Source of the DNA: Thermoanaerobaculia bacterium | GTDB lineage: Bacteria > Acidobacteriota > Thermoanaerobaculia > Multivoradales > Multivoraceae | Direction of reading: 5' to 3' | Assembly (NCBI GenBank): GCA_035524895.1 | Contig: DATLFI010000265.1 | Location: forward strand, 1,026-65,025 | Length of the DNA stretch: 64,000 nt | Shown here: positions 55,022 through 63,999 of the stretch, one piece after another | Position numbering within the stretch: the first letter of the stretch is position 1 | Layout of the letters: every line of letters begins with the position of its first letter | Translations under genes and position numbers: made by a program | The notes under the pieces: model-generated | Database searches by the model: none | Told to the model about the DNA's origin: nothing | The model's input: only the letters and a program-made list of their open reading frames with translations

Positions 55022-56766
55022 CTTCGCAACAGGCGCCAGAGCCCCGTTCCGCTCGCCACCAGGACCGCTAGCCATAGCCCGGCGAGGAACGTGCGGCCGT
55101 AGAGCGCGCTGCCCGTGCCGAACAGCGCGGCGTACACCGCCGTGCAGCCCAGAGCCCAGGCCAGGAACGCCTGGGGCAGGCTGTCGGGCGAAGGCGGTAG
55201 GCCGGTCTCGGCGCGCACTTGGCGCCAGCCTGGGCCGGCCGGGCGCACCTGCTCGTAGAACGAGCGCAGCGTCGCGGCGTCCGTCGGCGGCGAGAGGAAC
55301 GCGACAGCGAGCCACACCGTGGTGGTCACGGCGACCGAGAGCAAGAGCGCGTGGTGCGCCGCGATGGTGAAGCCCTGCCGTTGCGCGACCAGCAGCCCGG
55401 TGGCGATCACGAACGAGCTCGTCATCGCGGCGATCTCGCACCAGGCGTTGACCCGCCACCAGAACCAGCGCAGCAGGTAGAGCAGCCCGGTTCCCGCACC
55501 GATCGACAGCAACAGCGTGAAGGTCTGGCTGGCGGTGTCGAGCAGCAGCGACACCAGCGAAGCCGCGACCACCAGCAGCACCGTGGTGACGCGTCCGACC
55601 GCCACGTAGTGGCGCTCGGCGGCCCCCGGACGCAGGAAGCGACGGTAGAGGTCGTGGACGAGGTAGCTCGAGCCCCAGTTGAGGTGGGTGGAGATCGTCG
55701 ACACGTAGGCCGCGAACAGACCCGCGACCAGGAGCCCGAGGGCACCGTGCGGCAGACGCGTGAGCATGGCGGGATAGGCGAGGTCGTGTCCGATCAGCCG
55801 CGCGTCGACATCGGGCAGGGCCCGCGCGATGTCGTCGAGGCTGGGGAAGACCAGCAGCGAGGAGAGCGCCACGAGCAGCCACGGCCAGGGGCGAAGGGCG
55901 TAGTGCGCGACGTTGAAGAGCAGGGTGCCGGCGAGGGCGTCGCGCTCGCTGCGCGCGGCCAGCATGCGCTGCGCGATGTAGCTGCCTCCGCCCGGCTCCG
56001 CGCCCGGGTACCACACCGACCACCACTGCACGGTGAGCGGGATGACGAAGACCGCCAGCGCCACGTCCCAGCGGCCGAAGTCGGGCAGCAAGGCGCGGGT
56101 CGCGGGATCCACGCGCTCGACCAGGCCGGCCAGGCCGCCGACCTCGGGCTGACGCAGAGCGAACCAAGCCGCGGTGATCGAGCCGGCCATCGCGATGCCG
56201 AACTGCACCAGGTCGGTGACCAGCACGCCCCAGAGCCCGCTGGTGGCGGCAAAGACCACGCTGATGGCGCCGCACACGATGAGCGTTCTCTCCACCGGCC
56301 AGCCGAGGAGGGCGCTCGAGATCTTGGCGGCGGCGAGGTTGACTGCGGCCATGATCACGCAGTTGAAGAACAGCCCGAGATACACCGCGCGGAAGCCGCG
56401 AACCACCGTGGCGGCGCGACCGCTGTAGCGCAGCTCGTAGAGCTCGAGATCGGTGAGCACTCCGGAGCGTCGCCACAGCCGCGCGTAGAAGAACACGGTG
56501 GCCATGCCGGTCAGCAGGAATGCCCACCACACCCAGTTGCCGGCGACCCCGCCCTCGCGCACCAGGTTGGTGACCAGGTTCGGGGTGTCGGTGCTGAAAG
56601 TCGTGGCGACCATCGACACGCCGACCAGCCACCACGGCGCGGCCCGACCCGAGGTGAAGAACTCCACGGCGCTCGAGCCGGCGCGGCGAGCCAGGAACAG
56701 CGCGGGCAGGAACGACAGCCCGAGCAGGATCGCGACCAGCGTCCAGTCCAACGCGTCGAGTCGCAT
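54994..56766 (-). CDS. Sodium:solute symporter (SSS) family transporter
   Basis: EFFTSGRAAPWWLVGVSMVATTFSTDT is the SSS signature. ~13 TM helices. Start MRLDALDWTLVAILLG (CAT 56764-56766), overlapping the upstream stop as TGATG. Confidence 0.8.
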   Translation of the reverse strand: MRLDALDWTLVAILLGLSFLPALFLARRAGSSAVEFFTSGRAAPWWLVGVSMVATTFSTDTPNLVTNLVREGGVAGNWVWWAFLLTGMATVFFYARLWRRSGVLTDLELYELRYSGRAATVVRGFRAVYLGLFFNCVIMAAVNLAAAKISSALLGWPVERTLIVCGAISVVFAATSGLWGVLVTDLVQFGIAMAGSITAAWFALRQPEVGGLAGLVERVDPATRALLPDFGRWDVALAVFVIPLTVQWWSVWYPGAEPGGGSYIAQRMLAARSERDALAGTLLFNVAHYALRPWPWLLVALSSLLVFPSLDDIARALPDVDARLIGHDLAYPAMLTRLPHGALGLLVAGLFAAYVSTISTHLNWGSSYLVHDLYRRFLRPGAAERHYVAVGRVTTVLLVVAASLVSLLLDTASQTFTLLLSIGAGTGLLYLLRWFWWRVNAWCEIAAMTSSFVIATGLLVAQRQGFTIAAHHALLLSVAVTTTVWLAVAFLSPPTDAATLRSFYEQVRPAGPGWRQVRAETGLPPSPDSLPQAFLAWALGCTAVYAALFGTGSALYGRTFLAGLWLAVLVASGTGLWRLLRSQRAQRLAG

Positions 56767-58133
56767 CAGCCGCGGGTCTCCGGTTCGACGATGCGAAGCG
56801 GCGGCGTCGTGCGCCAGCGACCACGCGTGAAGTCGGGCACGTCGACGGTGCGGCTGCGCGAGGCCACCGAGCGTTCGGTGAGCTCCGCGATCGCGCTCCA
56901 GGACGCCGCGTCGTAGACGTTTTGGTCGGTAGGCCAGCCGTTTCGGAGACAGACCACCAGACGCCAGTCCTCCAGGAAATCCATGCCGCCGTGGCCCAAG
57001 GTGGCGCTGCGCGAGCGCTCCCAGCGCCATAGCGGGTGCTCGTGCTGCTCGTACCAGCGGTCGAGCGGCTCCCATGCGTGCTCGCCCGGAGTCGAGCCCT
57101 CGACGTGGATGCGGTCGGGCCAGCCCTGCATCAGGCCGCGGGTGCCCTGGAGCATGCCGATGCGGCTGTAGGGACGCGGGAGGTTGGTGTCGTGCACCAG
57201 GTAGATGGTCTGCCCGCGCACGGTCTGCAGCAAGGTGACGTTGACGTCACCGAGCACGTAGCGCTCCTCCCGCCGCGGATCGTCGGCGGCGAGGTGCTCC
57301 TGCTGCCAGAGCTGCAGCCCCCGCGAGGGCGAGCTCATCGAGACCAGGAAGTCGAGCTGGTTGCCGCGGTTGATGTCGAGACACTGCGCGATCGGGCCCA
57401 GCCCGTGCGTGGGGTAGAGGTTGCCGTTGCGGCGCATCGAGTGCGCTCGCCGCCACAGCCCCTCGCCCTTTGTCGAGAACTTGATGCCGCGAAGGTCGTG
57501 GGAGTAGGCGCACTCGGCGTGGAGCAGCTCGCCGAACACCCCCTGCCGCACGAGGTTCAGCATCAGCGACTCGCGCCGGTCGTAGCAGCAGTTCTCCATC
57601 ATCACGCAGTGCCGCGCTCGCCGCTCTGCGGTCTCGACGAGCTGCCAGCACTCGTCGACGGTGACCGCGGCTGGTACCTCGGTCGCGGCGTGCTTGCCGT
57701 GCTCCATCGCCGCCACGCACACCGGCACGTGCCACTCCCAGGGCGTGGCGGTGAACACCAGGTCGACGTCCTGTTCGGCGCACAGTCGCTCGAAGTCGCG
57801 CGGTCCGCGGTCGTAGCCGAGAGGCTGAGGCTGTCCGGCTTCGACCACACGCTGCTGCGCGCGCGCGACCTTCTCGGGCACGATGTCGCACACCGCGCGG
57901 ATCTCGACGCCCTCGATCGACAGGAAGTTCTCGAGGTGCACCGAGCCCATGCCGCCGATGCCGACCATTCCGAGGCGCACGCGCTCGAGCGGGGGAGCGG
58001 CGAGGAGTGTCGTCTCGGAGGCGAGCGCGGCCGGCGCTGGGACACCGGCACCGCGAACCTGCTGCCCGATCGCGGAGGCGCCGAGCGCGGCAGCGGCGGT
58101 CTGGAGGAGCTCGCGACGAGTCCGCTCGTTCAT
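56766..58133 (-). CDS. Tat-secreted Gfo/Idh/MocA-fold NAD-dependent enzyme, GH109-like (alpha-N-acetylgalactosaminidase-type glycosidase/oxidoreductase)
   Basis: MNERTRRELLQTAAAALGASA Tat signal. Rossmann RLGMVGIGGMGSVHL. The long C-terminal domain is typical of GH109. Confidence 0.55.
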   Translation of the reverse strand: MNERTRRELLQTAAAALGASAIGQQVRGAGVPAPAALASETTLLAAPPLERVRLGMVGIGGMGSVHLENFLSIEGVEIRAVCDIVPEKVARAQQRVVEAGQPQPLGYDRGPRDFERLCAEQDVDLVFTATPWEWHVPVCVAAMEHGKHAATEVPAAVTVDECWQLVETAERRARHCVMMENCCYDRRESLMLNLVRQGVFGELLHAECAYSHDLRGIKFSTKGEGLWRRAHSMRRNGNLYPTHGLGPIAQCLDINRGNQLDFLVSMSSPSRGLQLWQQEHLAADDPRREERYVLGDVNVTLLQTVRGQTIYLVHDTNLPRPYSRIGMLQGTRGLMQGWPDRIHVEGSTPGEHAWEPLDRWYEQHEHPLWRWERSRSATLGHGGMDFLEDWRLVVCLRNGWPTDQNVYDAASWSAIAELTERSVASRSRTVDVPDFTRGRWRTTPPLRIVEPETRG

Positions 58134-58291
58134 GGGTGAGGGGATTGCTGGTCGGCGATTCGCCGGGGTGCGAGCGAGTGTACCCTCAGTCCGAGGGCGG
58201 GCTGGGGCTAGGATTCTTGGTGCCAGCGGAGCTTGCCAAGAAGCCGCTCGCCGAGCTGCCTCGCCTCGAGCTCCACTGCCAGGAGCCAGCC

Positions 58292-58759
58292 ATGCCGCAA
58301 CCATTCTTCGCGCTCGTCCTTGCGCTCACGCTGGGTGCCAGCCCGGCCGCCGTCCCGCCGGCGGCGGAGCAACTCGACGAGGAAGGCTTCCGCAACCTGC
58401 TCGACCGTCTCGCGCGGGCGTGGCACGAGGGGGACTCCGCGCTCGCCGCGGGCTGCTTCACGGAGGACGCCGTGTACGTGGAGCCGCCGCGCAAGCAGCT
58501 CTACGTCGGACGCGAGTCGTTGTTCCGGTTCTTCGGCGGGGCTGCGGGTCGTCCGGGCGAGATGTCGATGACGTGGCGTAACGTCGTGTTCGACCCGCGG
58601 CAACAGTTGGGGATGGGCGAGTTCAGCTTCGCCTATGGCAGTCAGGTCCACGGCGTCGCCGTGATCCGAGTCGAGTCGGGCCTGATCGACCAGTGGCGCG
58701 AGTACTGGTACGAGTCAGAGCTTCCCTGGAAGGAGTTCGTGGAGCCAGGTGTGCCCTAG
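58292..58759 (+). CDS. Secreted SnoaL/NTF2-like fold protein
   Basis: AGGAG RBS. Signal peptide MPQPFFALVLALTLGASPAA. FRNLLDRLARAWHEGDSALAAGCFTEDAVYVEPP matches the NTF2-like/DUF4440 pattern. Confidence 0.5.
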   Translation: MPQPFFALVLALTLGASPAAVPPAAEQLDEEGFRNLLDRLARAWHEGDSALAAGCFTEDAVYVEPPRKQLYVGRESLFRFFGGAAGRPGEMSMTWRNVVFDPRQQLGMGEFSFAYGSQVHGVAVIRVESGLIDQWREYWYESELPWKEFVEPGVP

Positions 58760-58817
58760 CAGCCCGTGGTGAAACCCCCGCGCGCAGCCTCGCGCGGGTT
58801 TCACCACGGGCAGCTAG
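58756..58817. repeat. Short 62-bp form of the element: CTAGCAGCCCGTGGTGAAACCC - loop - GGGTTTCACCACGGGCAGCTAG, in inverted orientation relative to copy 1
   Basis: Its loop CCGCGCGCAGCCTCGCGCGG equals the reverse complement of the internal segment 10293-10312 of copy 1. TAG 58757-58759 is the NTF2-like gene stop. Confidence 0.7.
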
Positions 58818-58836
58818 ACTCGTAGGAGCCCGTTCG

Positions 58837-59682
58837 GTGAACGTTCCTCGCCATTGGGCCCGCGCGGAGGGCTCTGCGACCGGCCCCCACGGCCGGCCGT
58901 ACCTGCTGCGCCTGTGGGGCTGGTCCCACGAGGACGTCGCCGCCGCGCTGGCAGAGGCGAAGCGGCGGATCGCGGAGATCTCGTCGCGGATCACCCGCGG
59001 CGAGACTTTGGATGCCTACTCCTACGGCAGGCAGCCGCTGCGCGAGGAGATCGTGCGCTCGATCTCCTCGGCGGGTCCGGAGGCGAGCTCGCCGCCGGCG
59101 ATCGTCACGCGCAACCGCTATGGCGCTCTCGTGCTGAACACGGCCGAGGTGCCCTTCATCGACGTGGACGCTCCGGCAAGCGGAGGCCTGTCGATCCTGG
59201 CTGGCCTCTTCGGCCGCCGGAAATCGACGGATCCGGTCCTGGAGGGAATCCGCGATGCCTGCCAGCGTCGCGGCGACTGCACCTTTCGGGTCTACCGCAC
59301 CAGGTCCGGGTACCGGGTCCTGGCCACGGATCTACTCCTGGATCCGGGCTCGGCGGCGGCGCAGGAGCTGCTGACGGAGTTCGCGGCAGATGCCCACTTC
59401 ACCCGCCTCTGCCGCCAGCAGCGCAGCTTCCGGGCGCGACTGACGCCAAAGCCCTGGCGGTGCGGGTGCTCGCTGCCGCCGGGCAGCTTTCCGCGCGAGG
59501 AGCGGGAGATGCAGGAGCGGTTCGAAGCGTGGCTCGACGAGTACGCAACGGCCTGCGCGCCGTTCGCAACCTGCAAGTTCCTCGAGACGATCGGGCCTGG
59601 CCGCACGGCTCGAGAAGCGCGCGCCGTGCTCGAGGAGCACGACCGAGTGTCCTTGGCCTTCGAGGAGCTGCCCCTGGCTTGA
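58837..59682 (+). CDS. Hypothetical protein (281 aa), family not recognised
   Basis: GTG 58837 is preceded by AGGAG 8 nt upstream (the RBS is itself repeat-terminus-like, TAGGAGCCCG). Composition is non-junk (YLLRLWGWSHEDVAAALAEAKRRIAEISSRI...). Confidence 0.4.
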   Translation: MNVPRHWARAEGSATGPHGRPYLLRLWGWSHEDVAAALAEAKRRIAEISSRITRGETLDAYSYGRQPLREEIVRSISSAGPEASSPPAIVTRNRYGALVLNTAEVPFIDVDAPASGGLSILAGLFGRRKSTDPVLEGIRDACQRRGDCTFRVYRTRSGYRVLATDLLLDPGSAAAQELLTEFAADAHFTRLCRQQRSFRARLTPKPWRCGCSLPPGSFPREEREMQERFEAWLDEYATACAPFATCKFLETIGPGRTAREARAVLEEHDRVSLAFEELPLA

Positions 59683-59722
59683 CCGATCCGGGCCTGGCCG
59701 AGGGGGTGGTGCGACCCATACC

Positions 59723-60079
59723 ATGGATGCTCTCTACTCGTTCTCGTTGCTGCTCTCGCTAGCGGCCTCCGGGGCGGCGGTTGTTTGGGGGATCGTCCGG
59801 CTCGTCGGACGCCGCGGATCTCCGCGCGGAGCGGGAGAGGAAACGCGCCAGGTGCGGAGCGCCAGTGCTCGCTCGAGAGCGCTCGCCTGGGGATTGGTCA
59901 CCTGCGCCGCGGCGGCGGTGACGGTGTCGGTGCTGGTGCATGCACGCTGGGGTCACGGTCCGGCGAGCGCAGAGCCGATGGGTTCCGCAGAGCTGGTGCA
60001 GGCTCACCCGGCCTTCCTCTGTGCCGGCGCGATGGTCGTGCTGGCCGCCGCGCTCACCCAGCTTGGTTCGAAGCGGTGA
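59723..60079 (+). CDS. Small (118 aa) membrane protein
   Basis: Three hydrophobic segments (LYSFSLLLSLAASGAAVVWGIV, LAWGLVTCAAAAVTVSVLV, FLCAGAMVVLAAALTQL). Confidence 0.35.
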   Translation: MDALYSFSLLLSLAASGAAVVWGIVRLVGRRGSPRGAGEETRQVRSASARSRALAWGLVTCAAAAVTVSVLVHARWGHGPASAEPMGSAELVQAHPAFLCAGAMVVLAAALTQLGSKR

Positions 60080-60163
60080 CGGCACGAAGGAGCAAGCGCG
60101 CCCCCGACCCGCGAGCATCGACGGCGATCGCGGGTTCGCAGAGCTCGGGCCGGCAGGTCGATC

Positions 60164-60445
60164 ATGAGGAACAACCCGCTGCTCGAGGCCACGACCGAGC
60201 CATCGCGCATGCTGGTCGCGGTGCCAACGGATCCAAGAGACCTGGAGTGTCTCGAGCCGCTGGTGGCGGAGCTCTGGACCCCGGAGGGCCTTGCCCTCGG
60301 TGAGCGTGTGGCTTACATGTGGTGCCGGGACGGCGTGCTGGTGAGCAGGGTTCTCGAAGCGGTGGGCCGTGCCCTGGGAACGGCGGTGACCATGCGCAAC
60401 TGGGCCACTCTGACTAAGATCCACGCCTTGCTCGGGAGTGGGTGA
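60164..60445 (+). CDS. Hypothetical small protein (93 aa)
   Basis: ORF with non-junk composition, convergent with PhoH2. No motif was recognised. Confidence 0.3.
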   Translation: MRNNPLLEATTEPSRMLVAVPTDPRDLECLEPLVAELWTPEGLALGERVAYMWCRDGVLVSRVLEAVGRALGTAVTMRNWATLTKIHALLGSG

Positions 60446-60454
60446 GCCGGGAGG

Positions 60455-60472
60455 GGCGACGACGTCGTCGCC
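60455..60472. terminator. Perfect 18-bp palindrome GGCGACGACGTCGTCGCC between convergent genes; candidate bidirectional terminator
   Basis: Read directly. It lies 10 nt after the 60445 stop. Confidence 0.4.
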
Positions 60473-60541
60473 TGGGTGATCCCCGAGCGTCCCGAGCGCT
60501 CGGCCGAGTGAGCCTCCGCCGGTCAGGTGCGGGTGTGGTCG

Positions 60542-61879
60542 TCAGAGCAGCTTGCTGGCGACGTTGGCCAGCTCGGAGCGCTCACCCTTCTCCAGGTTGA
60601 CGTGGGCGTAGAGCGGGTGGCCCTTCATGCGGTCGATCAGGTAGGCAAGGCCGTTGCTCTGCGCGTCGAGGTAGGGGGTGTCGATCTGGAACACGTCGCC
60701 GGTGAAGACCACCTTGGTGCCCTCTCCGGCGCGCGTGATGATGGTCTTAATCTCGTGCGGCGTGAGATTCTGCGCCTCGTCGACGATGAAGATGACCTTC
60801 GAGAGGCTGCGTCCGCGGATGTACGCAAGCGGCACGATCTGCAACTTCTCGGTCTCGATCATCGCCGCGATCTGCTGGTACTCGCGCGACGTCTCGCCGT
60901 ACTGGTTGCGGATGACGTTGAGGTTGTCCCACAGCGGCTGCATGTAGGGGCTGAGCTTGGCTTCGATGTCGCCCGGCAGGTAGCCGATGTCCTTGTTCGA
61001 GAGCGGAACGACGGGCCGCGCCAAGTAGATCTGCCGGTAGTAGCGGCGCGAGTCGAGGGCGCCGGCGAGCGCAAGCAGCGTTTTGCCGGTTCCGGCCGAG
61101 CCGGACAGGCTCACCAGCGGCACCTTCTCGTCGGCGATGGCGTCGAGAGCAAAGGTCTGCTCGGCATTGCGCGGCACGATGCCGTAGGCGGGGCGCTTCT
61201 CGACCAGCTTGGCGATGCCTTGCGCGGGCTTGGCCGAAGCGAGCGCCGACTTGTCGGGGCCGCGCACGATGAAGTACTGGTGGTGGAGCGGCGGCTCGCT
61301 CTCGAAGGAGGGATGGAGGACCTCCAGTGGCACCTGCCGCTCGCGGTAGAGGCGCTCGATCGGCTCGTCGCTCTCGATCTCGAGCGTGCTCTTGCCGCGA
61401 TACAGGTGCGCGACGTCGCGCACCTGTACCGTCTCGTAGTCCTCGGCATCGAGCCCGAGCGCCCGCGCCTTGACGCGCAGGTTGATGTCCTTGCTGACTA
61501 GGATCACCGGCCGGTCCGGTGCCTGCTGGGCGAGCCCCAGCGCCGCCGAGAGGATGCGATGGTCGTTGTGGCGCGAGCCGAGCAGCTCGGCCTTGGTTTC
61601 GAGCGACGCGCCCTCGGTGACGACGCGGAGGCGACCGTGGTCAGAGCCGTTGAGCGGCAGCCACTCGCGCAGGTCGTTGTCTTCGGAGAGCTTGTCGAGC
61701 CGGCGGATGAACTCGCGGGCGTGCAGGTTGAGGACGTTGTTGCCCTTCTTGAAATTGTCCAGCTCTTCGAGGACGGTGATGGGCACCGCGAGGTCGTGCT
61801 CCTGGAAGCTGTCTAGGGCATCTGAGTCGTAGAGGATGACGGAGGTGTCGAGGACGAAGATCTTGGTCGGCTGACTCAT
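60542..61879 (-). CDS. PhoH2-type protein: N-terminal PIN-domain RNase fused to PhoH-like P-loop ATPase (YlaK/PhoH2)
   Basis: PIN: KIFVLDTSVILYD...LEELD. Walker A: LSGSAGTGKT. Walker B: IFIVDEAQNL. 445 aa in total. Confidence 0.85.
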   Translation of the reverse strand: MSQPTKIFVLDTSVILYDSDALDSFQEHDLAVPITVLEELDNFKKGNNVLNLHAREFIRRLDKLSEDNDLREWLPLNGSDHGRLRVVTEGASLETKAELLGSRHNDHRILSAALGLAQQAPDRPVILVSKDINLRVKARALGLDAEDYETVQVRDVAHLYRGKSTLEIESDEPIERLYRERQVPLEVLHPSFESEPPLHHQYFIVRGPDKSALASAKPAQGIAKLVEKRPAYGIVPRNAEQTFALDAIADEKVPLVSLSGSAGTGKTLLALAGALDSRRYYRQIYLARPVVPLSNKDIGYLPGDIEAKLSPYMQPLWDNLNVIRNQYGETSREYQQIAAMIETEKLQIVPLAYIRGRSLSKVIFIVDEAQNLTPHEIKTIITRAGEGTKVVFTGDVFQIDTPYLDAQSNGLAYLIDRMKGHPLYAHVNLEKGERSELANVASKLL

Positions 61880-62050
61880 CAGTGGGTGCCGTTCCTCTCG
61901 ATCCCGAAGGTTACGAGCAGACCTGGCAAGTGGTTGGCAGAGCGGAGTTTAGCTCCAAACCCTCGCCCGCGGCGCGTGACGCTGCGCCGCCCTCTCCCAG
62001 GGGGCGAGTGGGCAACGAACGCGAGCCGGGGCTGAGGGTGGTGGCGCCCT

Positions 62051-63418
62051 TCAAGGAGGAGCCTGGAGCAACCCGAGCGGCGCCATGCCGTCGGGAGCCT
62101 CGAAGTCGAGATCGAGCAGGCGCGCGACGAACGGCGCGACGTCGACCAGCCCGACCTCGTGCGCGAACCCGCCGCGCCGGACGCCGGCCCCCCACGCCAG
62201 GAAGCCGGTGTAGATCTCGGCGAAGTCGCTCGGGAAGTAGCCGTGGTGGCCGCCGTCGGCGGGACCGAGCGGCTCCTTGTCCGCGTCGCTCGAGAGGATG
62301 ATGCCGAGCGCAGCGCTGATCGCGAGCGCGGCGTCGGGGTCGGCGCCAGCGGCATCCAGCTCGTCGCGGTCGAGCACGCGATAGAGGGAGCGCACCTGCG
62401 GCGGCTGCTCGTCCAGGATGCGCCGCACCTGTTCGAGCGCCGCGGCATCGTCCTGGTCGCGCAGGAACAGGAAGGCGCTGCCGGTGTCACTGTGGAAAGT
62501 CGCGCGCCAGTCGCCGCGCTCGCCGAGCGCCGTGCGCGGTTGCTGCAGGCCGGCGGCAGCGAGCCAGGCGTTCGGTCGCAGCCGGGTGTGCGCGACCACG
62601 AAGCCATGGTCGCCGGTGACCACGAACGCGGTGCGATCGAGGATGCCGGCGCGCTCGGCGGCCTCGAGCATCTGACCGATCGCGGTGTCGGTCACGGCCA
62701 GCGCGCGTCGGACCAGCAACGAGTCTCGACCGTCCTGGTGCTGGAAGTGGTCGGCGCCGATGAGATGGAGGGCGAGCAGCCGCGGGCGATACTTTTCGAG
62801 CAGGTAGGCCGCCGCGGCGGCCGACTCGAGGTCGCGTCCGGTGTAGGCGGAGGAGTAGGTGGTGCGATCGAGCGTGCCGGTCGCGGCGCGCTCGATCTCT
62901 TGCCAGAGACCCTCGGGCCGGGTGTGCTCGCGCATCGGAGCGAGGCGGTCTTCGCCCTCTAGCGCCCAGACCTCCGGGATCACCCAGTCGATCGGCGCGC
63001 CGACGGTCACCGGCCACGAGACCGCGGCGGTCTTGCCGCCTGCTGCGCGCACGGCGTCCCAGAGGGTCGGCGTGCGGATCGTGTTGGCGTACCAGTACCA
63101 GGCGCCGGTCTGGGTCTTCGGGTCGAAGGGGACGTTGTGGTGGATGCCGTGGCGCGCAGGCAGGGCGCCGGTAACCATCGTGGTGTGCGACGGATAGGTG
63201 ACCGTGGGGAAGACGCCGCGCGCGCGCTGCGCGTGGCTGCCCTCGCGCGCAAAGTGCTGGATATTGGGCGCGGGCCAGGTCGGGTCGAGGTAGAACTCCG
63301 GCCGCAGGCCGTCGATCGAGATCAGGACGACGTGGTCGGCGAGGCGCTCCGCGAGCGCAGCCGGCGCGAGCGCCATGACGAGCGCGCAGACGCCAAAGAC
63401 GAGTCGCCTCCGCCCCAT
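62051..63418 (-). CDS. Secreted nucleotide pyrophosphatase/phosphodiesterase (alkaline-phosphatase superfamily, NPP/AlkP-like)
   Basis: VVLISIDGLRPEFY ... TVTYPSHTTMVTGALPARHGIHHNVPFD is an NPP-type metal/nucleophile-Thr motif. Signal peptide MGRRRLVFGVCALVMALAPAALA. Confidence 0.7.
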   Translation of the reverse strand: MGRRRLVFGVCALVMALAPAALAERLADHVVLISIDGLRPEFYLDPTWPAPNIQHFAREGSHAQRARGVFPTVTYPSHTTMVTGALPARHGIHHNVPFDPKTQTGAWYWYANTIRTPTLWDAVRAAGGKTAAVSWPVTVGAPIDWVIPEVWALEGEDRLAPMREHTRPEGLWQEIERAATGTLDRTTYSSAYTGRDLESAAAAAYLLEKYRPRLLALHLIGADHFQHQDGRDSLLVRRALAVTDTAIGQMLEAAERAGILDRTAFVVTGDHGFVVAHTRLRPNAWLAAAGLQQPRTALGERGDWRATFHSDTGSAFLFLRDQDDAAALEQVRRILDEQPPQVRSLYRVLDRDELDAAGADPDAALAISAALGIILSSDADKEPLGPADGGHHGYFPSDFAEIYTGFLAWGAGVRRGGFAHEVGLVDVAPFVARLLDLDFEAPDGMAPLGLLQAPP

Positions 63419-63450
63419 GCGCTGCTCGTGCGGACGACGGCATGTCGGCT

Positions 63451-63999
63451 TCATCGCGACCCTCCCGTGGTCAAGGTGACGCGAAGCTGCGGCCGCTCAC
63501 CGCCCTCCGCGAAGAGTTGGTCGAAGCGATCGCGAGCGAGCGAGAAGGTGACCTTCTTTGCGATGAAGCCGTACTGCGACTGCTCGGTGAGACTGTTCCC
63601 GAGCGGAAAGCGCCCGAGATCGGCGCTGTCGATCGGCGCGTTCGCCCCGTCGAGCAGCTCGACCGTTGCCGCCGTGTTGGCGAACATGCCGACGGCGGCG
63701 AGACGGAGGATGACCTGGAGCTCGACTTGGTTACGCCGGACCCGCCGCGAGACCTCGACGGTCTCGAGTCGCACGTCGTCGACCTGGTAAGCGCCGGTGT
63801 CGGTCGATGTCCAACCGTAGCCTTCGGACAGCTTTTCGACCGGGCCGATGGGGAACTGGAGCTGCATCGGCGAGGTCATACGAATCGGATCGCGACGCGC
63901 ACCACGATCGCGGGGTGTCAACTCCGCCACCGCACCCGCGACCGGCTCGGAGGGCTCCGGTGCGGCCGCCGGCGGAGGCTCGAGCGAGCGCGCCGCCAC
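63451..63999 (-). CDS. Hypothetical protein, 3' part only (N-terminus beyond window end)
   Basis: ORF runs open to the window edge; C-terminal 182 aa of non-junk composition lie in the window. It is 33 nt upstream of the NPP gene on the same strand. Confidence 0.4.
   Translation of the reverse strand: MAARSLEPPPAAAPEPSEPVAGAVAELTPRDRGARRDPIRMTSPMQLQFPIGPVEKLSEGYGWTSTDTGAYQVDDVRLETVEVSRRVRRNQVELQVILRLAAVGMFANTAATVELLDGANAPIDSADLGRFPLGNSLTEQSQYGFIAKKVTFSLARDRFDQLFAEGGERPQLRVTLTTGGSR

Noticed and set aside
60061-60075. GGTTCGAAG motif resembling a tRNA T-arm
   Set aside because: No flanking acceptor, D or anticodon stems. It lies inside the C-terminus of a small ORF. No tRNA-like cloverleaf could be built anywhere in the window.
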